Positions 27,695 to 41,580 of a stretch of DNA of 64,000 nt are shown piece after piece. Within the stretch, counting starts at the first letter, position 1. Each line of letters opens with the position of its first letter. The position numbers were made by a program, and so were the translations under genes. Under the pieces are notes generated by a model. The model saw only the letters and a list, made by a program, of their open reading frames with translations, had not been told where the DNA came from and did no database searches. Origin of the DNA: the human T2T-CHM13v2.0 reference genome, Homo sapiens; assembly GCF_009914755.1 (NCBI RefSeq), contig NC_060935.1; one strand, written 5' to 3'.

Positions 27695-28070
27695 TGTTAA
27701 AAGAGAAACTTCAGATAAATTAAATTTAGAAGAGTTTATTTCTGTGGAGAACAATCGATGAATTGGGCAACACTCAGAACCAGAAGAGGTTCAGAAAGCT
27801 CCACCCAGCAGTATGAGTGATGAGCTTTCATAGGCCAGACACAGAAACACAGTAGAGAAATCACCTGATTATTTGCAGCTAGCATCTGCCTTATTTGGGC
27901 ATGATGTGCTGAGTTAGCTGCCTGTGACTGGATGAAGCTTGGCTGTTTTTTATACTCCTAAGTTAGCTTTTGGTTTGTTTATGTACAAGTTAGATTGCAG
28001 TTCATTATGTAGGAGCTCAAAGAACAGAGACAGCCTCAGGCTAATGGTGTACTGCTTATATAATTTAATA
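27695..28070 (-). mobile_element. ERV1 solo LTR (MER57/MER93-like) inserted in L2
   Basis: TGTTAAAAGAGAAACTTCAGATAAATTAAATTT...TTTAATA; 4-bp TSD ccct at 27691-27694 and 28071-28074; flanks rejoin as L2 gtccttgccct|catgaaacttacattct. Confidence 0.8.
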
Positions 28071-28542
28071 CCCTCATGAAACTTACATTCTTAATGCAGA
28101 GAGAGATGCAAGACAAGGAAAGACATAAGTAGGATAATTAGCAAGCCTATTTAGTTCTGATCTTATGTGTCAAGACCTTCAGTAGGGGGTCTACTGGAAA
28201 ACTGTGGATACCAGGTCACACACTATTGTTTTACATTTTGCAGATAAAGAAACCAGGGCTTGGAGTGGTTAAATAAGTTGCCCAGAATAACTAATTAATT
28301 AAGTGGCAAAGTTACAATTATCTCACAGGACATCCAGTTCGTAATCGTTCCATGACACTCACTGTAATTTTCTGGAGAGCTTAAGCCACACCTTTTTTTT
28401 AACCTTTATACAACAAGTATTAGAAAAATAGAAACTTATATTGCTGCCATAATGAGGGTGAACATGCTGAAGAACCGTGTGTGGAACTTTTGCTAACAAT
28501 GAGACTTTGCTTACAAGGATTCCTCTACTCCATCAATATTTT

Positions 28543-28765
28543 TGTGTTTTTGTTTGTTTGTTTGTTTGTTTGAGATGGAGTCTCGCTCTGTCCTCCAGGC
28601 TGGACTGCAGTGGTGCAATCTCGGCTCACTGAAACCTCTGCCTCCCAGGTTCAAGCGATTTTCCTGCCTCAGCCTCCCGAGTAGCTGGGATTACAGGTGC
28701 ATGCCACCATGCTCGGCTAATTTTTGCATTTTTAGTAGAGATGGGATTTCTCCATGTTGGCCAGG
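28543..28765 (-). mobile_element. 5'-truncated AluS
   Basis: Right arm, linker and about 35 nt of left arm; flanks tccatcaatatttt (28529-28542) and tccatccacatttt (28766-28779). Confidence 0.93.
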
Positions 28766-30049
28766 TCCATCCACATTTTGATGGGAGTGTTGGATTTCCT
28801 GACAGACCCAGAGCTGATTGGTCCTATTTGCCTTGTTTTCTCTTGCAGTAGCCACCTTTCGGGAATCTGATTGGAGTCACACTTGAACTTAGAGAACTTG
28901 TGGCCTTGAGTTTTGAAATTCACTGAGCAGGGAGACTGGAGACAGTTCTTAAAAAATAATTAGTTCAGTTGACCCTCCTTTCCCTCCAACACTTGAAGAA
29001 CTTGGCTGGAGGAGCTGTGGAAAGTGTGAGGCAAGGAATTGAATTCATCCTGCTCACCAGTCATCAGTCAGCAGGCAGAGTGCTTTTTAACAGAGTGAGC
29101 TGTCTGCCCTCTATGTACAGAATAACCCTACTGCCTGGGGTCATCTCAGGAAGACTGGTGCACTGATCTAAGCATTACCTCACTACCCCACAGGAGATTT
29201 ATGGGCCCTGGAAGGAGGACCCGTGCTGGTGGAGGGACTCCAGCTCATCCCACCTGCCCCAGGGTCAGGCAGCCAGGAGACAGTCTCCGCAGCTCTGACA
29301 GCAGGGTCAAAAATCAGGAGACCTAAGCTCAAGCCCCATGCCCCTATAGTCACCTTTATGGGCTGATGAATGTAGGCAGGCACGTCTCTCCTGGGGCAAT
29401 CACACACATTTATTGATGTGGAAGCACTGATCTCATTGCTTTTTAAATAACTCACTGTCTTGCTAACTCATTAAATCCCAGTCATTTGCAGCTGGCTTCC
29501 CAGAAATCAGGAGAAGGAAGCTAACTTCTTCTTAAGGTCTCTAATAAGACCTTGACATTACAGAACACCTTCCTGAAAGGACCTCAAAGCTTTAGTATCA
29601 TTCATCCTGCCCTCAATTTACAGGTAGGAAAATGGAGGCATCAATTAAGCAACTTGCCTGCAGCACAGAGTGAGTCTGGGGAAAAAAGATAGAACCTGCA
29701 CCCAGCCAGTCTGGAATCCTTCCTAGGAAGAACCTTCCTCATTTGAGTTACAGAAGGTGCCAGGTCCTAGCATAATCACCGCATCGAAGCAATTTCCTCA
29801 TCCCTGCAAACAAACCTAATTGATTTTCATTCATTTTAAAGTAACCGATAGTAACTTTCTTTTCAAAACAACTAGAAAAACCCATGGGAGCTTTCTTTAT
29901 AGACTGTCTGGTACTGTGTTGGGGTTGTGAGGGACGGATATCGTGTGCGTAATTTTTAAAGCACTTGCATCATATGCTAGGCCAATATTTTATCCAATGT
30001 TTTCCTTAAAATCAAGAGTGACTTCCAATTTATCTGTAATTCCTTGACC

Positions 30050-30376
30050 CAGTCTTCAGACTAAAAACCTTGGAATCATCCTGGACTCCTTTCTTTCTCT
30101 CCCCCTCCTCCCCCAATAGTCAGGAAATCCTATTGCTTTCACCATCAAAGTAAATCCACAATCCAACTACTTCCCACCTCGGCTATTGCTCCCATTGTGG
30201 TCTGAGCCACCAAGATCTCACACCTGGATTTCTGAACTAGCATCCTGATTCTTCTCGTTTGAGTCTATTCCTAACATTGCAGTCAGAGTTATTATGTTAA
30301 AATATTAAGTTAGATCATCTTACTTCTCTTCTCAAAACCATCTGGTAACTTCTGGTCTCCCTCAGAGTAAAAGCCA

Positions 30377-30416
<40 letters not shown>

Positions 30417-30650
30417 ACACACACACTGGCCTCAAGACTCCACATGCTATAGCCCTCCTCAGAGTTGGCAGCTGCCTTCCCTCTCTGAGGTCATCTTCCT
30501 CCCTTGGTGACTCTGTTCCAACCTTAGGCCCCTGCCTATTCCTATCCAGCACAGTTCTAACTCAGGGCATTTGCACCAGCTGTTTCTTCTGTCTGGTTTG
30601 TTCTTCCTATAGATATCCACACAATTAACCCTCTCCTTCAAGTTTTTCTC
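30050..30650 (+). mobile_element. L2 fragment containing (CA)n microsatellite at about 30380-30427
   Basis: aaaaaccttggaatcatcctggactcctttctttc...ttagatcatcttacttctc...aactcagggcatttgcacc. Confidence 0.8.
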
Positions 30651-30720
30651 AATTCTAAAGATGACAAGCTCATTCTCACACTAAGTCCGTAGAAATTATA
30701 GTAGAGGTACTTTTGAATTA

Positions 30721-31128
<408 letters not shown>

Positions 31129-31621
31129 TTAGAGCAGGAAACTGAAGCCCAGGATGTGAGCAACAGCAAGTAGAGAGCATTGCCATGGAAAATGGGGCAG
31201 CAAAAACTTGAAGGAGGTGAGACAGTCAACTATGCAGATAACTAAAGGAAGGGCATTCCAGACAGAAGAAACAGCTGGTGCAAAGGCACTAAGGTAGAAG
31301 TGTGCTTGGAAGTGATAGGAAGGGCTCCTCATCTAGAAGCAGTGGGAGCTTGGACCAAAGGAAGATTCCTAATATAGCCGCACCTTTAAAACTCTACCTC
31401 AGTCTTCCCAGAGAGCATGTGGGGCTCAGATCCCTGGTATCCAGACTCCAACATGACAGATATTGAGGAGAATAAAGAATGGGGAAAGGTTGGCCACTGC
31501 TTTCTGTGAGAAGGAGCTCACTGGGAACCTTAAACAGAATGGTTTAGATGCATGGTTTGAGCACAAGTTAAATTTCAGAATTCTTCAGAAGAAACTAGAA
31601 GATCAGAGATCAGGGGCAGTG

Positions 31622-31652
31622 AGTTTAAAGTCTAGAGTCTAGACTTTAAACT
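31622..31652. repeat. Perfect 15-bp inverted repeat with 1-nt spacer
   Basis: agtttaaagtctaga-g-tctagactttaaact. Confidence 0.95.
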
Positions 31653-32695
31653 GGTATAGGAGGCTTGGAGATCTAGGAAAAGTGAGCTGGTGTCCAGGCG
31701 GAATAGAGATTATCTTCCATGTAAAGGCTGGTGTGTGCTGCCCTTTGAGGCATGTCTGTCCCTGTGATTAAGAAAAATATTTGCCAAACAGGAGGAACTT
31801 CTTGAGAAGAAAGGATAGGGTACGCACTTTAGTGAAGACAGAGGCCCTGGTCCTTAGGAGGGGTGTGAGGAGGATGCAGGTGAGAAGGAAGGAAAGTGCT
31901 GTGGAGAGCCATTTTTGGAAGGGCACCCACCCCCTGCCTCCTGGTCCTGCTCACCTGGGGTGGGGAAGGTAGCCCTTTCCCACACACTCATTCCAGTAGT
32001 ATGGTGAAGGCAAAGCAACCAGGAGGGAGAAAGGAAATTTCTTTTTGTTTTTAAATAAGTGAACACTCACTAGTTACTTATATTTTAATACAACTTTAAT
32101 ATTTGCCAAAGGTATGTAGCATAAGACACACAGAATTAATCACATAACATCATATTTAATAGCCATAAATGATAACATATTACGTGAAGTCAAATGGAGG
32201 GGAAAATTAGGCCTTACCAACATCAAAGTATAAGCATAGGATAGATAAATATTTATAACATACTTTAACTGTAAAAAAAAAAAATCAGAAACTTCCATGA
32301 AGGTGAAACCCACTTACACTACTATTTAATAAAACTTTCTCTCATCCACATTTCTGTGAATAAAACCCTGGCCTCCTGCCCTTAGCTGAGTGGTTCCCCC
32401 ATTCCTTTTTGGAAAATGTCATAAAATGGCTTCGTTGCCCAATAATCATGTGGGACAGGATAGAATAGATGAGTTGAGGGTTGATCTCAATGTAGAACAC
32501 CTAATAAAACCACCTCATTTTCAGCTCTGGAAAAGAAGTTGTGGAATTATCATCCTCTTTTTCCTTTTTTCCCCTCATTTTCAGAGTCTGAAGAGATCAG
32601 GTCCTTACTTCCTATCTGGCCATTTGTTCATTCTCTCACCTATAAACCACTTATTTAGTGCCAGATCCATGCTAGGCTCTGCAGATAAAACAATA

Positions 32696-32849
32696 AGCTG
32701 GGCATGGTAGTTCACACCTGCAATCCCAGCACTTTGGGAGGCTGAGGAAGGAGGATCACTCAAGCCCAGGAGTTCTAGGTTGCAGTAAGCTAGGATGTTG
32801 CCACTGCACTCCAGCCTGGGTGACAGAGCAAGACCCTGTCTCAAAACAA
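32696..32849 (+). mobile_element. Monomeric Alu (FRAM/FAM-like) inserted in L2
   Basis: Single monomer of about 150 bp without linker; flanked by aaaacaata at 32687-32695 and 32850-32858. Confidence 0.85.
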
Positions 32850-33252
32850 AAAACAATATGACACGGATCATATCTTCAAGAATCTTGCTGTTTTGGTAGA
32901 AGAGGAAGGCAATTCAGGTCCTTCCCAGACAGAGTATTAAATATCATTAGTGTAGTTCATTGTAGGCACCCTAACCAGCCTGGAGCCAGTCAAGGTGGGG
33001 GTCCAGGTGTACATGCAAATTGAATCTGGATTCAAAGGGACGAAGGGAAGATCATTTCAGGCAGATGGAGTGGGTTGCACAGGGCTCGGAGACCAAGAGA
33101 ATATTGTCTACGTGGACAACTTCTCTGAATCTCCTTGTGTGACAAAAAACTTCTCTGAGTCTTCCCCGGAGAAGGAAGCAGGGGGCTTTCCCTGGTATGG
33201 AGATTCCACTTCCTCCTGGAAGCCCGGCTAGTCTGTGGTTGGGCTCCATGTA

Positions 33253-33755
33253 GAGTAGCCCTCGCCTTATCTGTGGTTTCATTTTCTGTGGTTTTACTTT
33301 CTGTGGTTTCAATTACCCGAAGTCAACTGCGGCCCAAAAATATGAAATGGAGAATTCCAGAAATAAATAATTCATAAGTTTTAAATTGCATGCCATTTTA
33401 AGTAGTGTGATGAAATCTCATTCCATGCTGCTTCATCCTCTCTGGACATGAATCATCCCTTTGTCCAGTGTATCCACACTACGTATACTACCTGCCCGTT
33501 AGCCACTTAGCAGCCATCTTGGTTATCAGACTGATTGTGCAGTATAGCAGTGCTTGTGTTCAAGTCACCCTTATTTTACTTAATCACGGCCCAAAAGCAC
33601 AAGAGTACTATGCTTAATTTATAAGTTGAACTTGATCATAGGTATGTGTGTATAGGAAAAAACGGTATATATAAGGGTTTGGTACTACCATCTGTTTCAA
33701 GCATCCACTGGGGGGTCTTGAAATGTATCTCCCATGGGTAAGGGGGGGACTACTG
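33253..33755. mobile_element. MER44 (Tigger7 non-autonomous)
   Basis: TA|gagtagccctcgccttatctgtgg ... gggtaagggggggactactg TIRs; aattccagaaataaataattcataagttttaaattg. Confidence 0.9.
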
Positions 33756-34689
33756 CCTAGCTTCTCTCCCATTGCTTCCATAAGGAAGGCACATTTCACT
33801 GCAGCTCAGAAATTATATACTTTAATGGTGAATTCTGAAAAAAACTCAGATGTGAGAAATATATTGTGATAAAACAAGTTGTCCAATGCCCTTTCCACAT
33901 GGAGGAAAGTCTGATACCTGCCAGGCACTACACAGATGCTGCTGTTACTGCTTCTGGAATACACACAATGGCCACTCAACATGGGCTTCAACCAGCAAGA
34001 GGCCTGCAGTGGGAAGGAAATGCAAGGCAGATTTCTGTAAGAGAGTAGAAAGCTCTGTTTCCTATTGTCCCTGTGTGGTGTGGTTTGTGGAGCCCTGGAA
34101 GACTTGCCTAGACCATATATCTGCTCATCAATTTCTTGAGTTCCTTGATGGTTAAAGTTTTGAAGACATCTGTGAAAAAGTACAGATGCTATTGGGGTGA
34201 GATGATTCATTAAGCTGGTGTCTTGTGGTTACTCTAAGCACGGATTCATTGATACCAGGCAAGATCTGAGGAATAGGATACAGAAACAGGCAAGATTTAA
34301 AGAAGGTAATTCAAAAGGGTACAGAGCATAGGGTAGGGCAGGGAAGGTAAGGGGTAGGAAGAGGCTATTTATGTCCTTTGGGCGAAAGGTTCTGCACGGG
34401 GACAGAAACCATCAAAAGTAGGAAAACAAATTTTCCCACTTCACAACTTTGCATAGGGCAACTTTCCATATTGACAGACTGGGAACACGTTTTGTCATCC
34501 TTTGGTCAGTAGTACAACAAATGGATTCTATCTCAAGGAAAGTAGGAACATTCAGAGGTGACAAGAGCTTAACATTAGGTGGGCCTTGGGCCGTGAACAT
34601 CAGGGAAGTCTTAATGTAATTTAATAGTGACACCTGGCATCATGACCACTTTCCTATTTGTGGTTTAGAGGTTATCTGATGCCCTATTT

Positions 34690-35237
34690 TATTCTTTTTC
34701 ACCTGTTTCCAAGTACTACACATTTAGTGACTTAAACCAGCACACATTTAGTATCTCACAGTTTCTGTGCATCAGGAGTTTGGGCATGGCTTAGGCGAGT
34801 CCTCTGCTTCAGGGTCTCACAAAGCTGCAGAAAAGGGGTTCAACCAGCCTGCGTTCTCATCTGGAGGTCAACTGGGGACTCCACATCCAAGCTCATCAAG
34901 TTGATGGCAGAACATTTTCTTGTGGCTGTATGACCTCAGGTCCTAGAATTTCCCTACAGTTCCTGGAGATCACCTGTAGTTCCTTCAACAAGCCAACTGC
35001 TTGCTTTAACAAGCCAGCAAGGAGAATCTCGTGCTCCAGTCTGCTAAGATGGAGTCTTATATAAATAGCCTAAATTAATCCTGGGAGTGGCACTACCACC
35101 TTTCTCAGAGTCTATTGCCTAGAAGCAAGTCACAGGTGGGAGTGTGCCCCACCCACACATAAGTGAAGAGGATTATACATGGTGTGAACACCAGGGGGCA
35201 GGAATTAGGGAGCCATCATAAGGTCTGTCCACCTTCA
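34690..35237 (-). mobile_element. MLT1F/E-like MaLR LTR
   Basis: tttagtgacttaaaccagcacacatttagtatctcacagtttctgtgcatcaggagtttgggcatggctta...agaagcaagtcacaggt. Confidence 0.8.
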
Positions 35238-36468
35238 GAATTGTGCCTGGGGTGGCTCCTCCTAACGTTCTCCTCTTAATTGCCTTCTTATCCTCCACCC
35301 CTAGGGAAAGATCTTCAGACCAAAAAGGCAATGTTATTACCGAGTCTATGATTCTGCCTGACACATAAGCTTGAATTAATCATCTTATAACATGAAGGCA
35401 TTTATATTAGAAGCTCCCATCACCTTAGTGTTTTTCCCTTCAATACCTGGGACTAATACTTGGAGCTGGAATCTGCATCTCATTCGGAATCCAGGCTTGC
35501 TCTCTTGCCTCTTGTTCCTTCTATCCCAAAGCATCTGTATTTATAGCAGCTCCTCTCTCAGAAAAACAATTTCACCACAGTATCTGGCTTCTTGTTTTCC
35601 TTTCTTGACTGAGTGCATGACGAACTGGCCCATCCCAGGAGGCTGTTTTTTACTTGCGGTCTTTGAATTATTACATTACTGGCCAACGCTGCCTACTCCA
35701 TCTCCTTGCACTCTTCATTTCTCCATTAATACTTTTTTCTCGCGAGTCCTTGGTTTTGTCTTTCTGCAGCTCATCTCCCTTCAGGGAAATTACCCTCTGT
35801 AATTTAGCATAGTCTGCACCATACCCTACCTCTGAGGAATGCTTTTCACATAGTCAATTGAAAAGGTAGCAGGCTTAGAAAAACACCACCAATGGCAACT
35901 TAAGCCCCAAACAGCTGCTGGTGAGCCTAATGAATACTGTGCTCGCTGGGATTATATAGCATGTCTGCATTTCTCACATACTGAGCAGGAATCTAATCTT
36001 TCTTACTCCTGCTTTTTTTTCTCTCTCATGCATTTGTTTAACTCTCTTCTTTCCACTTTATCATAGTCTTTAGTTTTGGCCAAATGTTTTAGATCCCATA
36101 GATCAGAATTTTCCAGTCTCTATCATGAAGCAAGGACTCTGATCCGTTACCTGGTGGCATCTCCCACGTAAGACCGATCCTTTAAGCTGCAAAGGGACCA
36201 ACTAGAAAACTATTTCTCCTTCCTCTTGTAAAGGAATTTGTCATGGATTAAAATAATTCAACCACCTTCCAGAAGCTTCTTTCTCCCAGCATGTTTAGCA
36301 GCAGGAAGAGTCAAATGTTCCACAGTGCCTATGGCTCACTCCCTATATACACAAACAGGTTTGCTGAAATTAAGGTTTTAAAAAACATTCCAGTTAAGAT
36401 CAGAAAATCACAAGCGTTTTCAGCTTGATGTTCTCACTTTTCAACCAACTATTTTTACAGTCTATTAG

Positions 36469-36780
<312 letters not shown>

Positions 36781-37169
36781 ACTATTTGAAAGTTGTATTG
36801 GTAGGAGGCTTATTTTCTCACCCACTGGAAGACCTTTTTAGGATATAATTTTATAACTCTGTATTAAATTCATCAATAATTATGTGTGTAGTGCAATAGG
36901 TATTGGCAAGACTAAACCTTGTTTAAGTGTTTGACGTAAGAGACATTGCTTGATGGGTTTATTCTCAGTGGGTAATAAACATACAACCTGCAAATACTAC
37001 TTTTAAAGACACATACACAGATAATATGTAATATATATAATAACTACATATGGTATTTCATGTAATATATAAGTTATATTATGTATTGACTCTAATATGT
37101 ATTGATGTACATATTTTTTATTTATTTTATATGTGTGGATATAGCTATAGATGATATAGACATAGATAT

Positions 37170-38640
37170 TTATCCGAAGTAATGCTTGCACACTGACGAT
37201 AAAAATTCACAATCCCACCATACGGCCCACTCACGTCCCTAAGTCCTGCTCCTCAGAGATAACTAATTTTTAATGGTCCCTGTTTTTAGGTCCTCTGTTG
37301 GTTATCCTAAATAATATGCTTATGTTGTTGTCGCAATTGTTGTAGACTTTCGAGTTTTAGCTAATAGCTTCACATTATGATCTATGAGGACTTAGCTCCT
37401 GTTTTCCTCCATCTCTCTGTCTCTGACAAGGTGTAAGTTATTCTCTTAATCTTTGGTGTTCTGAAATTGTAAAATACTGTGTGAATAATACTTTGTTTAT
37501 CATGCTGGGCACTGTGCAACCTCTTTATATTTAAAGATACCCTCCCATCATCTTCAGGAAATTCTTTTTTATTTTGTTTTTGATCATTTCCCACCCTCTG
37601 TTATCTCTAAAATTGTAGTTAATAACATGTCAGATCTCCTAGGATTGATCTTTAATGCCTCTTATTTTTTTGTTTATATTTTCTTCCTAACTCCCCGTTG
37701 TTCTATTTTCTAGAAGCTTTCCTCAACTCAGCTTTGTACTCCATCTACTCTGAATATTCAATCTTGTCAGGGTATTTTTAATTTCTAAAACAATCCTTTT
37801 TGTTCTTCAATTATACTTTTTAAAAAATAAAACATTCTCTTCTTGTTTTATCCATGCCACAGATTCTTCAGTACTTCTGAGTACACTAAATTAATTATGT
37901 TCTGTAAGTTCTCTTCTATTCCCCAAGTTCTCTTTTTCCTCTAGGGAATAGCTGGTGTGCTTATCTTGGCATTTCTCTTTCTTATTGTAGGTTTTCCTCA
38001 AGTGTCTGGTGATTTTTGGTTGTCTCTCCAGACATCAAAATGAGCAATAAGCATACTGCCCAGGAGCTCTGTGTATGCCTGTAGGTGTGTCCACTGGTAG
38101 GTTTTCTCCAAGCTGAGTGCTATAGGACCTGTCTTGATGATGGGGAGCCCCAGGGAATGAATGAGGAGGGCCTTATGCTGGGTCACTAACACCCACATTG
38201 GCTACCCTAGTTCTTCCCCAAGCAGTATATTCTATTCCATTAGAGAACTCTCCAATTATTTTGCTTATGGGCAAGGACCTGGATTTATATAGCATGTAGA
38301 GGTGAGAGAAAGGTGTGGCTAGGGCCAACTCTTTCTATATATACATCTTTGACTTCAGCTTACCTTTCTCCCACCTCCTTTTTGAATCCAGAGCCCTTCT
38401 TGATTTTACCAGGCAGGTCAGCTACTTCCTGTGCTGCAGTAACCTGCTCACATTCAAGCTTGAAGTTCCCACTTTTCAAGGTGGTGTCTTTCTCCCCTCT
38501 CCTTCATCACTTGACATTATTCCTTCCACCTTCTGAATTCTACACATTTATTAAAATCCCCCATGGCGCTCTCCTATTCATTTTGTTGTGTGAGGCTGTT
38601 TTGCTTTTTGAAAATATATCCTTTTAATAGGGTCTCTGAA
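37170..38640 (-). mobile_element. Highly diverged L1ME-type fragments
   Basis: T-rich, with ttctgaaattgtaaaatactgtgtg, cttcaggaaattcttt and gatctcctaggattgatc phrases. Confidence 0.5.
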
Positions 38641-39699
38641 AAAAAGAGGCAATAGACACATAGGAATATTCAGCAATCCAGAATGTGAATCACATAGATC
38701 TCCAGTTATTTCTCTTGTACACCTAGATGAGGATAATGACTGGAAGGTTCTTTTACTCAGAAATGTATGATATCAACAAAGCTTGAAGTGATTGGACTCA
38801 TCCTGGAATAGGTTACTTAAAAAAAAATTTCGTGATCATCCATGTCCTCTAAAATGCAGATCATAATAGCTGCCTTTGATGATTTTTATGAGAATTTAAC
38901 GATAACATAAATGTATGAACTTGCCCAGCATAATACCTAGATCACAGAAAGAACTAAACTGTTATCAGTTCTTGCTCCTCTCCCTTGTCACCTGCGAAGT
39001 ATGAGTGCTGGCTGAAATAACTCGATTGTCTTTTAAATTGAAGCATTTTATATCATCTCACCCCCACTCCTAGTAGCAGCTGAAGATCTCACATGCGCTT
39101 TGTATAGATTCTTACAGGGCGCTCTTCTAGGGATTTGAATGTTGGGGCTGCTGATTCCTTTTTGGTTATTGTAAGTTGTAGACTAAAGAAAATAGCTCAC
39201 TCAATGGGTTTTGGTTATTGTAATTTCTTTCTTCTTCTTTATGATTATTATTAATATTACTATTATTTTGTCTCTACCACTTGAGCTCCAGTTAGGCAAT
39301 GGAAGGAAACGCTCTCTCCAAATTTTGTGCAGTAAATGGATTTTGAAATCACTGGTTTTAGAAATTTCTTTTAATAGACTTCAATTAATTGCTTCATTTA
39401 GAAGGAGTTAGTAACCACTGAGTCCAAGTGATGAAAGAAGGAGCAATGATCTTGTGGTTCCAGAGGTAACTCCAGCCTGGAGGACACAGTGCTTAGCATC
39501 AGCTCATGAATCAAGAATGAACTCCATACTGTAACTAAGCCCAGAAACGTTATCCCGAGCCAGGGCTTAGTTGACACATGCTCTGGGCATCATTAGCTGG
39601 TTAGGTCTTGCAGAAATATGAGGATCATGGCCAGGCAGAGACCTTTCAAATGATTCATTTATTCCCAAAGCCATCTTTGGCTGAGGCTCCGCAGTGTAG

Positions 39700-39930
39700 G
39701 GAAGCAGTGTGATGGGTTAGGATGAGCGAAGCATAGGAATAGTGACCTCAACCTTACCCTTAGCTTTTGTTTCTTTAGGTGAATTACCTCATCTCTCTAA
39801 ATCTTGGTTTCTTCATGTGAAAAAAGTGAGAAATAATATTTACCAGGTAGGACTGTGACAAAGATTGAATTTTAAAGTGCACAGCAGTGTGCTTAGCACA
39901 TAGTAGATTCTCAGTATATATTAGTTGCTG
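39700..39930 (+). mobile_element. MIR
   Basis: ctctctaaatcttggtttcttcatgtgaaaa...gcttagcacatagtagattctcag. Confidence 0.7.
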
Positions 39931-41329
39931 CCCTGTTTACCCTGTACGTTTCTAGCTTTTCCTATAAGGAAACAAGACAATGATTACTAGACTAGCCAGG
40001 GCTGTCTGTGTAAACACTGAGGAGCCCAGGCGTTGTTTGGCTGGATCTCAGAAAAACTTGCACTGCTCACGACTGGTGACTCATGAAAATGATGGGCCTT
40101 GGAAGATAGGAGCACAAATTTAGAACTGGGAGAATTGTAAAGTGGATTAAAGCTATTTACAAAACAGTGGCATTGTGCAATCAATGATCTTTGAGTTTTA
40201 ATTTCTGAACAAATACATAGGACCCAAAGTTTTGTTTAAGGCATTACGAAATCATAATTATTTTTCTTTGATCCCACAGAAATAGCAACTCTTTTCTTTT
40301 CTTTCTTTCTTTTTTTTTTAAGATTGAAGATTTTTCTTGACATTGAGGAGATGAGGAAAGAAAGCTTTCTCTGCATATTTAATTTACAGGGCATTTATCC
40401 CTTCTCTGGCTGATGACCTAAAACCAAACAAATCATTATAAAAACTAGAAGAAGGAAAAAAAAAAAGATAGCAGGTTTGTGAGAAAGGGTCTTTAAGCCT
40501 AGTTAGGGAAGACATCCAGAAGAGAATCGACTCAGACAAATACAAATACTAGAATTCGAAGGGCATAAGAACTGTGAGTGGCTGAACCATTTTCCCATCC
40601 CCTGCCAGGATGTCTGAGAGGAACTTTTCAAGATAAACAGGCCTAGTACCCCGAAGGGCATTTTTTGATGCTAATAGATTTCAAAGGCTGTTTTGAAGAG
40701 GTTGTGGGGCAGGACAGTACTCAGGCATATCCAAATTATTCTTTGCATTCTTAGCAAAGAAGTTGAGCAATTTTTTAAGTCAGTCTGCAGGAAGCTCAGA
40801 ATGGGTATACTGATATATTTTAGAGGTTTTCAACTCACAATGCACTTTTCAGTTGCATGAAGAGTTCACCTACTGAGTTGATTCGAGAAGGAAAAAAGCC
40901 ACATCCCCACTTACTCCCCATATTCCAAGTTGAAAACATGTCTCTTTTACTCACTTAACTCTGCAAATCTGAAAATCTGCTGCTGTGGATTAATTTGTTG
41001 GACTCAAGATTTTGCTCCCTGTGGAGATTCCAAATCTTGTCATGAGCCAGTTCACCATTTTTATTACAGTTTGCCTACTTTGAATGAGTATATTAAATTC
41101 TTACTTGACAGCCAGTTTTGATGACAGGCAAAAGATGGAAGAGAGAAGAGAATCCTTGCTCCACTGTGAGAAGGAACTTTCATGAAATGGAGAAATGCTG
41201 GCTATTCCCTTATGTAATGCATCATTTTATTGAGAGTCACCCTCAGTAAAGTCACCATTTTATTGAGAGTTCTATCCCCAGCCTTACTTTACACTTCAAC
41301 TAGGATGTCTGATTTGAGTTACTAATAGA

Positions 41330-41580
41330 GAGGCACTGTAGGACAATGGTCAAGTCAGACCCTTTTGGATTCACATTCCAGGCTTATCTACTAGCTGTAC
41401 CACCTTGAACAAGTTAATTGAATTTACTGAACCTCTGTTTCTTCATCTTTACAACAGGAATAGCAAAGGCTACCATATAGGATTATTGTGAGAATTTAAT
41501 AAAACAATGTATGTCAGGTCTTTTGAGTAGTGCAAAAGACTTTTGGTACATAGCAAATACTCAAAAAATATTGACATCAT
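41330..41580 (+). mobile_element. MIR
   Basis: ctagctgtaccaccttgaacaagttaattgaatttactgaacctctgtttcttcatcttta. Confidence 0.78.

Noticed and set aside
37000-37170. Very AT-rich TA-like tract
   Set aside because: Ordinary low-complexity degenerate (TA)n
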